DNA from: Amphiscolops sp. MND2022
Lineage: Eukaryota
Reading direction: 5' to 3'
Assembly (NCBI GenBank): GCA_964187785.1
Contig: OZ076409.1
Location: forward strand, 16,308,001-16,372,000
DNA: 64,000 bases
The position numbers and the translations under genes were made by a program. The notes under the pieces are model-generated. The model made no database searches and was not told the origin of the DNA. It was given only the letters and a program-made list of their open reading frames with translations. Positions 9,029 to 21,653 of the stretch are shown piece after piece (within the stretch, counting starts at the first letter, position 1; the number at the start of each line of letters is the position of its first letter).

Positions 9029-9163
9029 GCCTAATTGTTGTGATAAACTTATTAAATAGGTAAGTATTCCAACCCTATTGATAAGTTTTATTTGAAAGCA
9101 GACTGCGAAAGTGGTCTGCTGCCCAATTTTTGAACAAGGAACAAGCTAGTCTGCACTAACTTA
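9029..9163 (+). ncRNA. SL RNA sequence downstream of C1
   Basis: Same SL sequence. Confidence 0.75.
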
Positions 9164-9254
9164 AAAGTTACGCGTATTTTGACCGAGAAAATTTTCGTAT
9201 CATTGTACGTAATTTTGTTGTTAAGCATATAAAGCTATTGATTCTACAATGATC

Positions 9255-9373
9255 GGCTACGACCATACCATGTTGAATGCACCGGTTCTCGTCCGATCAC
9301 CGAAGTTAAACAACATAGGGCCTGGTTAGTACTTGGATGGGAGACCGCTTGGGAACACCAGGTGTTGTAGCCT
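9255..9373 (+). rRNA. 5S rRNA: 5S rRNA
   Basis: Same sequence. Confidence 0.98.
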
Positions 9374-10163
9374 TTTTTGTCAGAAATGTGGTTTAACTTC
9401 GGTGACAGTTTTGCAAAAGGGGTCAAATTGAAAAGATAGCAAAAAACGGACAACGCCATTAGAAAGAGCGTCCAAAAAAACCCCCATGCTGAAATTTTCG
9501 CCGCCATCACTTGAATTTTCATTGAGTTATGTCATTTTTACTATTTTCACAAAATGTGGTTTAACTTCGGTGACAGTTTTGCAAAAGGGGTCAAAATGAA
9601 CAGATAGCAAAAAACGGACAACGGCACTGGAAAGAGGGCCCAAAATTACCCCTAAAACGTGTTTTTCACACTCCTGAGTCGACTTTTGATAATACATGGA
9701 ATTTCATTTTTAAGCTTACTAATTTATGCTTTTCAGCATACATTTTCGTAATAGAGTCAAAATTTTGCTTTCTCACAATTTTTCTGGAATATTTTTGTTT
9801 CATCAGATGTCAATAACTTGAAACGTCGTCTTTTCATGAGAATTTCTCCTCAAAACAAGTTGTTGGCTGGTAATGGTAAGTCCGTACCGCAGATAGGACT
9901 CTCGCGCTCCAAAAATTGACTCTTTGCTTTTAGCCTAATTGTTGTTCACGCGTCGGTTGGTTAGTTATCTTTGACTTTTGACTTCTGATTGTGAAAAACT
10001 TTTTTGACGAGTTTTTAACACATAGTACCGCTAAAACTCTAGAAGTTTAACGAAAAAATTGTTTATTTGGGTTTATACCCCTTTGCACTTTACCCCCTCT
10101 GGGTTTATACCCCCCCCCTTGGGTTTATACTCCCTTTTGGATAGAGGATAGGAAAACGACTTC

Positions 10164-11495
10164 ATGATTCTTGACGACGATGTTGCTTCTGGGAATGTGG
10201 ACGTAACAAAAATGCCGATGGATGGTCACGACAATACTGAATATATTCCACCTATTGAAAGCCTCAGCCTTGTTCAATTGTCGGAGCAATCGCAATCTGG
10301 GTCTCCGTCACTTACACCACCACCAACATCTTCTCTACAGAACATACAATCGGCAATAAACACGCAATTATACAGCGCTGTTGCAGGTGCCAACACTCCA
10401 CCATCTCGCACGACAGCAATAATTAAAATGAAAATCATTCCACCATTACAAAAACAACACTTCACAACCAAGGACAACTTCACTACTGCAACCAATCAAT
10501 GTTTTTCAGCAATTTTACGTTGCTTTCCACCTACATACAGACAACAGCTTACTATTTCAAAATCATTTACAATTGTCGGGACAAGACATTTGCATTCAAT
10601 TAATGTAGTGGCGCCTGTCACAGCCCAGGACATTGTATCAAAATTGCAAACAACAGGAATATCAATGCTTGGCAAAACTGTATTTCCATCGACAGACAAC
10701 TTTCTCACTAATTTACCTGGACTCTATCCACGATACACTCAAGTGAGACTTCTACATGCACCAGCACAATGCGATGACGAGACCTTAACAGAACTATTAC
10801 ATCTTCCGGCAGATACGACAATCATAGGATTCAAACGTCAGACAGACACGATTGATGGTATGTCCTTTTTCAATGGCAAAATAGCATGCACGATAAAAAT
10901 CAACAATACAACTCATGAAGAAGAACTACGACAATGGTCGTTGGATCAACATGAAAATCCCACAATGATTTGGGAGGAGATTCCTATCTTTGCATTTATT
11001 CCCTCACTTCACAATTGCACTTTCTGTAAACAACATAACAAACCTCACTTTGGACATGACATTGCCTGGTGCAAACATGCAAAAGCACATCCAACGACTC
11101 CACCATCACCTCCTCTACCACAACAGACATCAACTACAACTTCGCAGATGCCTCTGCCTCCTCCTTCTTCTTCTGCTACTCCATCTGTTATTGCGCCAAC
11201 TCCTCCTACTTTGGTTAACAACAACTTGGGTTTAGCTGACGTACCTGTTACAACGACTGATGATTGGCAACCTGTAACTAAGAAGACTTTCCCTAAACAC
11301 AGTTTGGTTAGAACGAGGTCTGTTATCAAGGCGAAAAGACCAAAACACCCGAGCCCTGTAACTGAAGTTAACCCCAATTTGACAGAACCTACGATGACGG
11401 CACCGTTCCTTCCGACTACACCCATTTACAATTCATTTGACAGCAAGCGGTATTCTAAATCTTCCAGGTCTAAACATGATAGTGTTCAGCCTTAA
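10164..11495 (+). CDS. Family A ORF1 (443 aa), nucleic-acid-binding protein with CCHC-like knuckle and Pro/Thr-rich tail
   Basis: Lies upstream of and overlaps ORF2; CTFC-X9-H-DIAW-C; homologous to D and E ORF1. Confidence 0.88.
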   Translation: MILDDDVASGNVDVTKMPMDGHDNTEYIPPIESLSLVQLSEQSQSGSPSLTPPPTSSLQNIQSAINTQLYSAVAGANTPPSRTTAIIKMKIIPPLQKQHFTTKDNFTTATNQCFSAILRCFPPTYRQQLTISKSFTIVGTRHLHSINVVAPVTAQDIVSKLQTTGISMLGKTVFPSTDNFLTNLPGLYPRYTQVRLLHAPAQCDDETLTELLHLPADTTIIGFKRQTDTIDGMSFFNGKIACTIKINNTTHEEELRQWSLDQHENPTMIWEEIPIFAFIPSLHNCTFCKQHNKPHFGHDIAWCKHAKAHPTTPPSPPLPQQTSTTTSQMPLPPPSSSATPSVIAPTPPTLVNNNLGLADVPVTTTDDWQPVTKKTFPKHSLVRTRSVIKAKRPKHPSPVTEVNPNLTEPTMTAPFLPTTPIYNSFDSKRYSKSSRSKHDSVQP

Positions 11496-14400
11496 TTGTA
11501 GAGGACTGAAGGATCCTCTTCGCCTTGCCATAACTCTGACTGCTTGTCAGCGTCATGGTGTGAAAAATTTTGTTCTTTTCCTACAAGAAACTAAGATTTC
11601 TGAATTTTCTATCAATCATAGAAAACTACTTACACAACACCATCTCTCGTACTGCATGGTTCCTGCCTCTGATACTGCAGGTGGATTGGTGACAATTTTT
11701 CCGTCTTCTTTCCACATAACTTACCGTTTTAACAATGAATCCATGCTCCTATTGCGTTTTCAAGAATATAATATCACTTTTAGCAACTGTTATGTCAATC
11801 CGCTTGATTTTCATCTGGAAAAGCTTAATCATGGTTTCCAACAGCTTTCTCTTCTATCTTCTAGTTCTCACATACTTGGTGGAGATTTTAACTGTTTATC
11901 AACCCGTGCTGACACATCTAATGTTAATATTCGAAGTAATGATTTCCGCTTACTTCGTTTTCGAAAACGTATGAATCTTATGCACCTGCTGGATGTCACA
12001 CCATGTGCTCCAGCCTCGGCTGCACATCTGTTCACACACTATGATAAAAGGTATAATACATTTAGTCGTTTAGACTACTTTTTTACATCGAGTGTTGACT
12101 TCTCTCTCGAAACTGAAGTCATTCCTTTTTCGGATCACAAGTTAATTAAGCTTTGTGAAGCGGCATCTTTTACTCCAGCAAACAGTCATTGGAAATTAAA
12201 TGACAACATTCTGCAGTATCACCATGCAGTACGGGAGGTTTTGGTGAGTTCTATTGCATCCCGGTCTACGGATTCAGAGTGTATCCTATCGAACTATGAT
12301 GTCATTAAAAATCTTGTTAGGGATAAACTCCGTATCTTTTGTATCCAGAATCATAGACGTAATCTTTTTGAAGAAAATCACCTGAAAGAACTAATACTTG
12401 ATGCAGAGAAATATCTACAAATTTTTGGCGTAGATTCCAAAACTATTTCTCGTCTTTCAGATTTAAATAAAAAATTGATGGAACTCCAGCACCAGAATGC
12501 TCGTAAATGCCTTAAACAGGTGAAAATGTTTTATGTTGATGCCAATCATGGTGATCCTCAAGTTATTAAAAAACACCTTTCAAATATGAGAAAATCCGTA
12601 CATATTTCTCAAATACAAGACGACAATGGTGAGGTCTTGACTACTGATGAGCAGATTTTTGAAGCTTTTCATATGCATTACTCAGATCGTTTTTCCATTC
12701 CGCAGGTCAATATCAATAATGATTCCCATGTCAAGCAGCTGCAAGATGACATTATTGGTACTTTTTGTAGTGTTAAGAGATCTGATATTGAAAATATTCG
12801 CACTCTAACCAGAGACCGGGATATGATTAGTGAACAAGAAGTTATTAATGCCATTACCAAATTGAATTCTGAAAGTGCTCCTGGTCCTGATGGCCTCACT
12901 TCCAACTTTTATAAAGCTCATCAGGAAGTTCTGAGTCCTCTACTCTGCAGGCTGTTTAACCAGATGGTTACTGATGGTTGGATGCCGCTATCTTTCTCCA
13001 GAGCCATTATAAAACTGATTCCTAAAAAACCCAACGCCAATCGTGTTGAAGATTTTCGTCCCATCAGTCTTATTAATACAGACCAAAAAATACTCTCTCA
13101 TATTTTGTCGGAACGAGTTCGCATTCCTGTTGATAAGCTTATTGGTCCCCACCAATCTGCTTATCTTCCTGGGCGTCACATACACTCTTCTTTATTGAAA
13201 GTCTCCTTAAACTTGGAAACCATGCCGTCAAATAATTCTCTCATCGCTATTGATTTTAGCAAAGCCTTTGATAAACTAAGTCGAACATTTATCTTTGCGT
13301 TATTAGAAAAAATTGGCTTGCACGAAAACACAGTCAAATTGATTCGCATCATGTATATGCATAATATTGCCTATCTTGACATCAATGGTCAACTCTCTCA
13401 ACCTGTTCTTATGGAAAATGGAGTTAGGCAAGGCTGCCCTTTATCCGCGCTCATTTTTATTCTAGGCATTGAACCCCTTCTTCATGCAATTCAGCACTCC
13501 TTCAACATTAGATCGGATATGCCGTTTAAAATTATCTCGTATGCGGATGATCTTACTTGTGGTATTCACACTGATAATATTCAAGATCTTTTTGATATCA
13601 TTGATACATTTTCTGGCGTTACGAATTTATCTGTTAATCAATCTAAAACTGAAATTCTTACATTGAGTAGTCTTCGTCCTCCTCTCCAATCTTGTGACGT
13701 TGTTAAAATACTGGGTGTTCACTTTAGTTTGGGCAACTCTGCTAGACCTTTCTCTGACTTCATGAACTTTGCGCAACGAAGTGGTCAGTATTGTAACAAA
13801 TACAATACTCTAATAGCTCGTGCGCGAAATATTCATACATTTGTTATGCAAAAATTAGTTCATGAAATTCGCCATCTTTATGTCCTAAGACCTCAATTAG
13901 ACAAAATTGATAGTATTTTCATTGATGCTATTTGGCTTGGCCGCAAACACAATCTAGGTAAATTTATTCTCCAGAGACCATGGTCGGCGATGGGTATTGG
14001 TCTTCGGAATTTCCGTCAAACTATTGTTTCTTCCAAAATTATCGACTGCTTCAACTTTCTCTACGAAAACAATTTGCCCGATAATCTTAAACTGTTACTC
14101 CAATCTAGGTTTTTTAGAAATCTTAAATCCTTGTGTCGCACATTTAAATGCTCCATTTCCTTTCCAAACTCCACCACCTGTACTCTTTCTATTGATGACC
14201 GTCAACTTGTGATTTCCACCCCTCTTCCCACTAAAAAAATTTATCATTTTCTTACAGACCGGTCAACTTCGGCAGCTTTTTGCCGAATCTCTAGTATGGC
14301 AGAGAAATTATCTGTTCCTGCTTTTTCTATCTTTTCCTTCATCCGTCACTTGTGGAAGCATCCCTCGTAGGCTGCTTTTGAGAAAAATTATTTATATCTG

Positions 14401-14727
14401 TTTTTCCTTAATTGCTACTTAGAGAAAACCAAAAAACAAGATTTGGGCTTAGTGTTTTCAGCTCATTGCTGTTTTTGTGGTGTTGAAGACGAAACCTTCT
14501 CACATCTTATTACTGAATGTCAGCATATTCCATCTCTCAATTTCTTTAAAACTCCTAGTGATTGCTGTCTAGATTTTCAAAACATGAATGCAATTTACCC
14601 TTTCAAACGTCTGATAGCTCTCCTAATTTCCTCATGGAGCGAAGATCCGCTCAGATTCTCTAAATATTTTTTGAATTGTGTCTCCTTAAGGCATCCAACC
14701 ATTCTTAACCATCAGGCTGTAACGTAA
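11476..14727 (+). pseudogene. Family A ORF2 (APE-RT, about 1083 aa) with premature TAG at 14368-14370
   Basis: SLNCRGL, LQET, GGDFN, SDH, YADD motifs; TAT in A1/A3 is TAG here, removing the C-terminal Cys/His finger. Confidence 0.9.
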
Positions 14728-14880
14728 CTAAGTTCAATTATATTTATATCTTGCAACCAATGAACCATACACTTACTTTGATTAGCTACTGAATTGTCTG
14801 AATTATGAACTTGGTCATGACCTACGCTATTTGATTGATTCATTTGTTCCTACTGATTTACTGTAATTAATTCTTTAAAA

Positions 14881-15015
14881 GCCTAATTGTTGTGATAAAC
14901 TTATTAAATAGGTAAGTATTCCAACCCTATTGATAAGTTTTATTTGAAAGCAGACTGCGAAAGTGGTCTGCTGCCCAATTTTTGAACAAGGAACAAGCTA
15001 GTCTGCACTAACTTA
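14881..15015 (+). ncRNA. SL RNA sequence downstream of A2
   Basis: Same SL sequence. Confidence 0.75.
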
Positions 15016-15106
15016 AAAGTTACGCGTATTTTGACCGAGAAAATTTTCGTATCATTGTACGTAATTTTGTTGTTAAGCATATAAAGCTATTGATTCTACA
15101 ATGATC

Positions 15107-15225
15107 GGCTACGACCATACCATGTTGAATGCACCGGTTCTCGTCCGATCACCGAAGTTAAACAACATAGGGCCTGGTTAGTACTTGGATGGGAGACCGC
15201 TTGGGAACACCAGGTGTTGTAGCCT
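15107..15225 (+). rRNA. 5S rRNA: 5S rRNA
   Basis: Same sequence. Confidence 0.98.
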
Positions 15226-16016
15226 TTTTTGTCAGAAATGTGGTTTAACTTCGGTGACAGTTTTGCAAAAGGGGTCAAATTGAAAAGATAGCAAAAAACG
15301 GACAACGCCATTAGAAAGAGCGTCCAAAAAACCCCCATGCTGAAATTTTCGCCGCCATCACTTGAATTTTCATTGAGTTATGTCATTTTTACTATTTTCA
15401 CAAAATGTGGTTTAACTTCGGTGACAGTTTTGCAAAAGGGGTCAAAATGAACAGATAGCAAAAAACGGACAACGGCACTGGAAAGAGGGCCCAAAATTAC
15501 CCCTAAAACGTGTTTTTCACACTCCTGAGTCGACTTTTGATAATACATGGAATTTCATTTTTAAGCTTACTAATTTATGCTTTTCAGCATACATTTTCGT
15601 AATAGAGTCAAAATTTTGCTTTCTCACAATTTTTCTGGAATATTTTTGTTTCATCAGATGTCAATAACTTGAAACGTCGTCTTTTCATGAGAATTTCTCC
15701 TCAAAACAAGTTGTTGGCTGGTAATGGTAAGTCCGTACCGCAGATAGGACTCTCGGGCTCCAAAAATTGACTCTTTGCTTTTAGCCTAATTGTTCACGCG
15801 TCGGTTGGTTAGTTATCTTTGACTTTTGACTTCTGATTGTGAAAAACTTTTTTGACGAGTTTTTAACACATAGTAAAAAAAACCGCTAAAACTCTAGAAG
15901 TTTAACGAAAAAATTGTTTATTTGGGTTTATACCCCTTTGCACTTTACCCCCTCTGGGTTTATACCCCCCCTTGGGTTTATACTCCCTTTTGGATAGAGG
16001 ATAGGAAAACGACTTC

Positions 16017-17348
16017 ATGATTCTTGACGACGATGTTGCTTCTGGTAATGTGGACGTAACAAAAATGCCGATGGATGGTCACGACAATACTGAATATATT
16101 CCACCTATTGAAAGCCTCAGCCTTGTTCAATTGTCGGAGCAATCGCAATCTGGGTCTCCGTCACTTACACCACCACCAACATCTTCTCTACAGAACATAC
16201 AATCGGCAATAAACACGCAATTATACAGCGCTGTTGCAGGTGCCAACACTCCACCATCTCGCACGACAGCAATAATTAAAATGAAAATCATTCCACCATT
16301 ACAAAAACAACACTTCACAACCAAGGACAACTTCACTACTGCAACCAATCAATGTTTTTCAGCAATTTTACGTTGCTTTCCACCTACATACAGACAACAG
16401 CTTACTATTTCAAAATCATTTACAATTGTTGGGACCAGACATTTGCATTCAATTAATGTAGTGGCGCCTGTCACAGCCCAGGACATTGTATCAAAATTGC
16501 AAACAACAGGAATATCAATGCTTGGCAAAACTGTATTTCCATCGACAGACAACTTTCTCACTAATTTACCTGGACTCTATCCACGATACACTCAAGTGAG
16601 ACTTCTACATGCACCAGCACAATGCGATGACGAGACCTTAACAGAACTATTACATCTTCCGGCAGATACGACAATCATAGGATTCAAACGTCAGACAGAC
16701 ACGATTGATGGTATGTCCTTTTTCAATGGCAAAATAGCATGCACGATAAAAATCAACAATACAACTCATGAAGAAGAACTACGACAATGGTCGTTGGATC
16801 AACATGAAAATCCCACAATGATTTGGGAGGAGATTCCTATCTTTGCATTTATTCCCTCACTTCACAATTGCACGTTCTGTAAACAACATAACAAACCTCA
16901 CTTTGGACATGACATTGCCTGGTGCAAACATGCAAAAGCACATCCAACGACTCCACCATCACCTCCTCTACCACAACAGACATCAACTACAACTTCGCAG
17001 ATGCCTCTGCCTCCTCCTTCTTCTTCTGCTACTCCATCTGTTATCGTGCCAACTCCTCCTACTTTGGTTAACAACAACTTGGGTTTAGCTGACGTACCTG
17101 TTACAACGACTGATGATTGGCAACCTGTAACTAAGAAGACTTTCCCTAAACACAGTTTGGTTAGAACGAGGTCTGTTATCAAGGCGAAAAGACCAAAACA
17201 CCCGAGCCCTGTAACTGAAGTTAACCCCAATTTGACAGAACCTACGATGACGGCACCGTTCCTTCCGACTACACCCATTTACAATTCATTTGACAGCAAG
17301 CGGTATTCTAAATCTTCCAGGTCTAAACATGATAGTGTTCAGCCTTAA
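16017..17348 (+). CDS. Family A ORF1 (443 aa)
   Basis: Near-identical to 10164-11495. Confidence 0.88.
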   Translation: MILDDDVASGNVDVTKMPMDGHDNTEYIPPIESLSLVQLSEQSQSGSPSLTPPPTSSLQNIQSAINTQLYSAVAGANTPPSRTTAIIKMKIIPPLQKQHFTTKDNFTTATNQCFSAILRCFPPTYRQQLTISKSFTIVGTRHLHSINVVAPVTAQDIVSKLQTTGISMLGKTVFPSTDNFLTNLPGLYPRYTQVRLLHAPAQCDDETLTELLHLPADTTIIGFKRQTDTIDGMSFFNGKIACTIKINNTTHEEELRQWSLDQHENPTMIWEEIPIFAFIPSLHNCTFCKQHNKPHFGHDIAWCKHAKAHPTTPPSPPLPQQTSTTTSQMPLPPPSSSATPSVIVPTPPTLVNNNLGLADVPVTTTDDWQPVTKKTFPKHSLVRTRSVIKAKRPKHPSPVTEVNPNLTEPTMTAPFLPTTPIYNSFDSKRYSKSSRSKHDSVQP

Positions 17349-20300
17349 TTGTAGAGGACTGAAGGATCCTCTTCGCCTTGCCATGACTCTGACTGCTTGT
17401 CAGCGTCATGGTGTGAAAAATTTTGTTCTTTTCCTACAAGAAACTAAGATTTCTGAATTTTCTATCAATCATAGAAAACTACTTACACAACACCATCTCT
17501 CGTACTGCATGGTTCCTGCCTCTGATACTGCAGGTGGATTGGTGACAATTTTTCCGTCTTCTTTCCACATAACTTACCGTTTTAACAATGAATCCATGCT
17601 CCTATTGCGTTTTCAAGAATATAATATCACTTTTAGCAACTGTTATGTCAATCCGCTTGATTTTCATCTGGAAAAGCTTAATCATGGTTTCCAACAGCTT
17701 TCTCTTCTATCTTCTAGTTCTCACATACTTGGTGGAGATTTTAACTGTTTATCAACCCGTGCTGACACATCTAATGTTAATATTCGAAGTAATGATTTCC
17801 GCTTACTTCGTTTTCGAAAACTTATGAATCTTATGCACCTGCTGGATGTCACACCATGTGCTCCAGCCTCGGCTGCACATCTGTTCACACACTATGATAA
17901 AAGGTATAATACATTTAGTCGTTTAGACTACTTTTTTACATCGAGTGTTGACTTCTCTCTCGAAACTGAAGTCATTCCTTTTTCGGATCACAAGTTAATG
18001 AGGCTTTGTGAAGCGGCATCTTTTACTCCAGCAAACAGTCATTGGAAATTAAATGACAACATTCTGCAGTATCACCATGCAGTGCGGGAGGTTTTGGTGA
18101 GTTCTATTGCATCCCGGTCTACGGATTCAGAGTGTATCCTATCGAACTATGATGTCATTAAAAATCTTGTTAGGGATAAACTCCGTATCTTTTGTATCCA
18201 GAATCATAGACGTAATCTTTTTGAAGAAAATCATCTGAAAGAACTAATACTTGATGCAGAGAAATATCTACAAATTTTTGGCGTAGATTCCAAAACTATT
18301 TCTCGTCTTTCAGATTTAAATAAAAAATTGATGGAACTCCAGCACCAGAATGCTCGTAAATGCCTTAAACAGGTGAAAATGTTTTATGTTGATGCCAATC
18401 ATGGTGATCCTCAAGTTATTAAAAAACACCTTTCAAATATGAGAAAATCCGTACATATTTCTCAAATACAAGACGACAATGGTGAGGTCTTGACTACTGA
18501 TGAGCAGATTTTTGAAGCTTTTCATATGCATTACTCAGATCGTTTTTCCATTCCGCAGGTCAATATCAATAATGATTCCCATGTCAAGCAGCTGCAAGAT
18601 GACATTATTGGTACTTTTTGTAGTGTTAAGAGATCTGATATTGAAAATATTCGCACTCTAACCAGAGACCGGGATATGATTAGTGAACAAGAAGTTATTA
18701 ATGCCATTACCAAATTGAATTCTGAAAGTGCTCCTGGTCCTGATGGCCTCACTTCCAACTTTTATAAAGCTCATCAGGAAGTTCTGAGTCCTCTACTCTG
18801 CAGGCTGTTTAACCAGATGGTTACTGATGGTTGGATGCCGCTATCTTTCTCCAGAGCCATTATAAAACTGATTCCTAAAAAACCCAACGCCAATCGTGTT
18901 GAAGATTTTCGTCCCATCAGTCTTATTAATACAGACCAAAAAATACTCTCTCATATTTTGTCGGAACGAGTTCGCATTCCTGTTGATAAGCTTATTGGTC
19001 CCCACCAATCTGCTTATCTTCCTGGGCGTCACATACACTCTTCTTTATTGAAAGTCTCCTTAAACTTGGAAACCATGCCGTCAAATAATTCTCTCATCGC
19101 TATTGATTTTAGCAAAGCCTTTGATAAACTAAGTCGAACATTTATCTTTGCGTTATTAGAAAAAATTGGCTTGCACGAAAACACAGTCAAATTGATTCGC
19201 ATCATGTATATGCATAATATTGCCTATCTTGACATCAATGGTCAACTCTCTCAACCTGTTCTTATGGAAAATGGAGTTAGGCAAGGCTGCCCTTTATCCG
19301 CGCTCATTTTTATTCTAGGCATTGAACCCCTTCTTCATGCAATTCAGCACTCCTTCAACATTAGATCGGATATGCCGTTTAAAATTATCTCGTATGCGGA
19401 TGATCTTACTTGTGGTATTCACACTGATAATATTCAAGATCTTTTTGATATCATTGATACATTTTCTGGCGTTACGAATTTATCTGTTAATCAATCTAAA
19501 ACTGAAATTCTTACATTGAGTAGTCTTCGTCCTCCTCTCCAATCTTGTGACGTTGTTAAAATACTGGGTGTTCACTTTAGTTTGGGCAACTCTGCTAGAC
19601 CTTTCTCTGACTTCATGAACTATGCGCAACGAAGTGGTCAGTATTGTAACAAATACAATACTCTAATAGCTCGTGCGCGAAATATTCATACATTTGTTAT
19701 GCAAAAATTAGTTCATGAAATTCGCCATCTTTATGTCCTAAGGCCTCAATTAGACAAAATTGATAGTATTTTCATTGATGCTATTTGGCTTGGCCGCAAA
19801 CACAATCTAAGTAAATTTATTCTCCAGAGACCATGGTCGGCGATGGGTATTGGTCTTCGGAATTTCCGTCAAACTATTGTTTCTTCCAAAATTATCGACT
19901 GCTTCAACTTTCTCTACGAAAACAATTTGCCCGATAATCTTAAACTGTTACTCCAATCTAGGTTTTTTAGAAATCTTAAATCCTTGTGTCGCACATTTAA
20001 ATGCTCCATTTCCTTTCCAAACTCCACCACCTGTACTCTTTCTATTGATGACCGTCAACTTGTGATTTCCACCCCTCTTCCCACTAAAAAAATTATCATT
20101 TTCTTACAGACCGGTCAACTTCGGCAGCTTTTTGCCGAATCTCTAGTATGGCAGAGAAATTATCTGTTCCTGCTTTTTCTATCTTTTCCTTCATCCGTCA
20201 CTTGTGGAAGCATCCCTCGTATGCTGCTTTTGAGAAAAATTATTTATATCTGTTTTTCCTTAATTGCTACTTAGAGAAAACCAAAAAACAAGATTTGGGC

Positions 20301-20579
20301 TTAGTGTTTTCAGCTCATTGCTGTTTTTGTGGTGTTGAAGACGAAACCTTCTCACATCTTATTACTGAATGTCAGCATATTCCATCTCTCAATTTCTTTA
20401 AAACTCCTAGTGATTGCTGTCTAGATTTTCAAAACATGAATGCAATTTACCCTTTCAAACGTCTGATAGCTCTCCTAATTTCCTCATGGAGCGAAGATCC
20501 GCTCAGATTCTCTAAGTATTTTTTGAATTGTGTCTCCTTAAGGCATCCAACCATTCTTAACCATCAGGCTGTAACGTAA
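17329..20579 (+). pseudogene. Family A ORF2 with 1-nt frameshift near 20092
   Basis: ACTAAAAAAATTATC versus ACTAAAAAAATTTATC in A1/A2; could be a homopolymer sequencing error. Confidence 0.85.
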
Positions 20580-20732
20580 CTAAGTTCAATTATATTTATA
20601 TCTTGCAACCAATGAACCATTCACTTACTTTGATTAGCTACTGAATTGTCTGAATTATGAACTTGGTCATGACCTACGCTATTTGATTGATTCATTTGTT
20701 CCTACTGATTTACTGTAATTAATTCTTTAAAA

Positions 20733-20867
20733 GCCTAATTGTTGTGATAAACTTATTAAATAGGTAAGTATTCCAACCCTATTGATAAGTTTTATTTGAA
20801 AGCAGACTGCGAAAGTGGTCTGCTGCCCAATTTTTGAACAAGGAACAAGCTAGTCTGCACTAACTTA
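20733..20867 (+). ncRNA. SL RNA sequence downstream of A3
   Basis: Same SL sequence. Confidence 0.75.
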
Positions 20868-20958
20868 AAAGTTACGCGTATTTTGACCGAGAAAATTTTC
20901 GTATCATTGTACGTAATTTTGTTGTTAAGCATATAAAGCTATTGATTCTACAATGATC

Positions 20959-21077
20959 GGCTACGACCATACCATGTTGAATGCACCGGTTCTCGTCCGA
21001 TCACCGAAGTTAAACAACATAGGGCCTGGTTAGTACTTGGATGGGAGACCGCTTGGGAACACCAGGTGTTGTAGCCT
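20959..21077 (+). rRNA. 5S rRNA: 5S rRNA
   Basis: Same sequence. Confidence 0.98.
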
Positions 21078-21653
21078 TTTTTGTCAGAAATGTGGTTTAA
21101 CTTCGGTGACAGTTTTGCAAAAGGGGTCAAATTGAAAAGATAGCAAAAAACGGACAACGCCATTAGAAAGAGCGTCCAAAAAAACCCCCATGCTGAAATT
21201 TTCGCCGCCATCACTTGAATTTTCATTGAGTTATGTCATTTTTACTATTTTCACAAAATGTGGTTTAACTTCGGTGACAGTTTTGCAAAAGGGGTCAAAA
21301 TGAACAGATAGCAAAAAACGGACAACGGCACTGGAAAGAGGGCCCAAAATTACCCCTAAAACGTGTTTTTCACACTCCTGAGTCGACTTTTGATAATACA
21401 TGGAATTTCATTTTTAAGCTTACTAATTTATGCTTTTCAGCATACATTTTCGTAATAGAGTCAAAATTTTGCTTTCTCACAATTTTTCTGGAATATTTTT
21501 GTTTCATCAGATGTCAATAACTTGAAACGTCGTCTTTTCATGAGAATTTCTCCTCAAAACAAGTTGTTGGCTGGTAATGGTAAGTCCGTACCGCAGATAG
21601 GACTCTCGCGCTCCAAAAATTGACTCTTTGCTTTTAGCCTAATTGTTGTGATA

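Larger units (their letters stand above)
9946..14879 (+). mobile_element. Family A element, full-length copy A2 (4.9 kb) in SL exon
   Basis: TSD AGCCTAATTGTTGT (9932-9945 and from 14880); 5'UTR, ORF1, ORF2, 3'UTR. Confidence 0.95.
15794..20731 (+). mobile_element. Family A element, full-length copy A3
   Basis: TSD AGCCTAATTGT(T), 11-12 bp; near-identical to A2. Confidence 0.95.

Noticed and set aside
6124..9945. 904-bp direct repeats flanking gag-like ORFs read as LTRs
   Set aside because: The repeats are host SL-5S units that also occur alone in tandem; there is no integrase or protease; the elements have their own TSDs and non-LTR APE-RT
14368..14370. Programmed stop read-through or frameshift in ORF2
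   Set aside because: The lesions are at different positions in each copy and absent from A1, so they are mutations or sequencing errors
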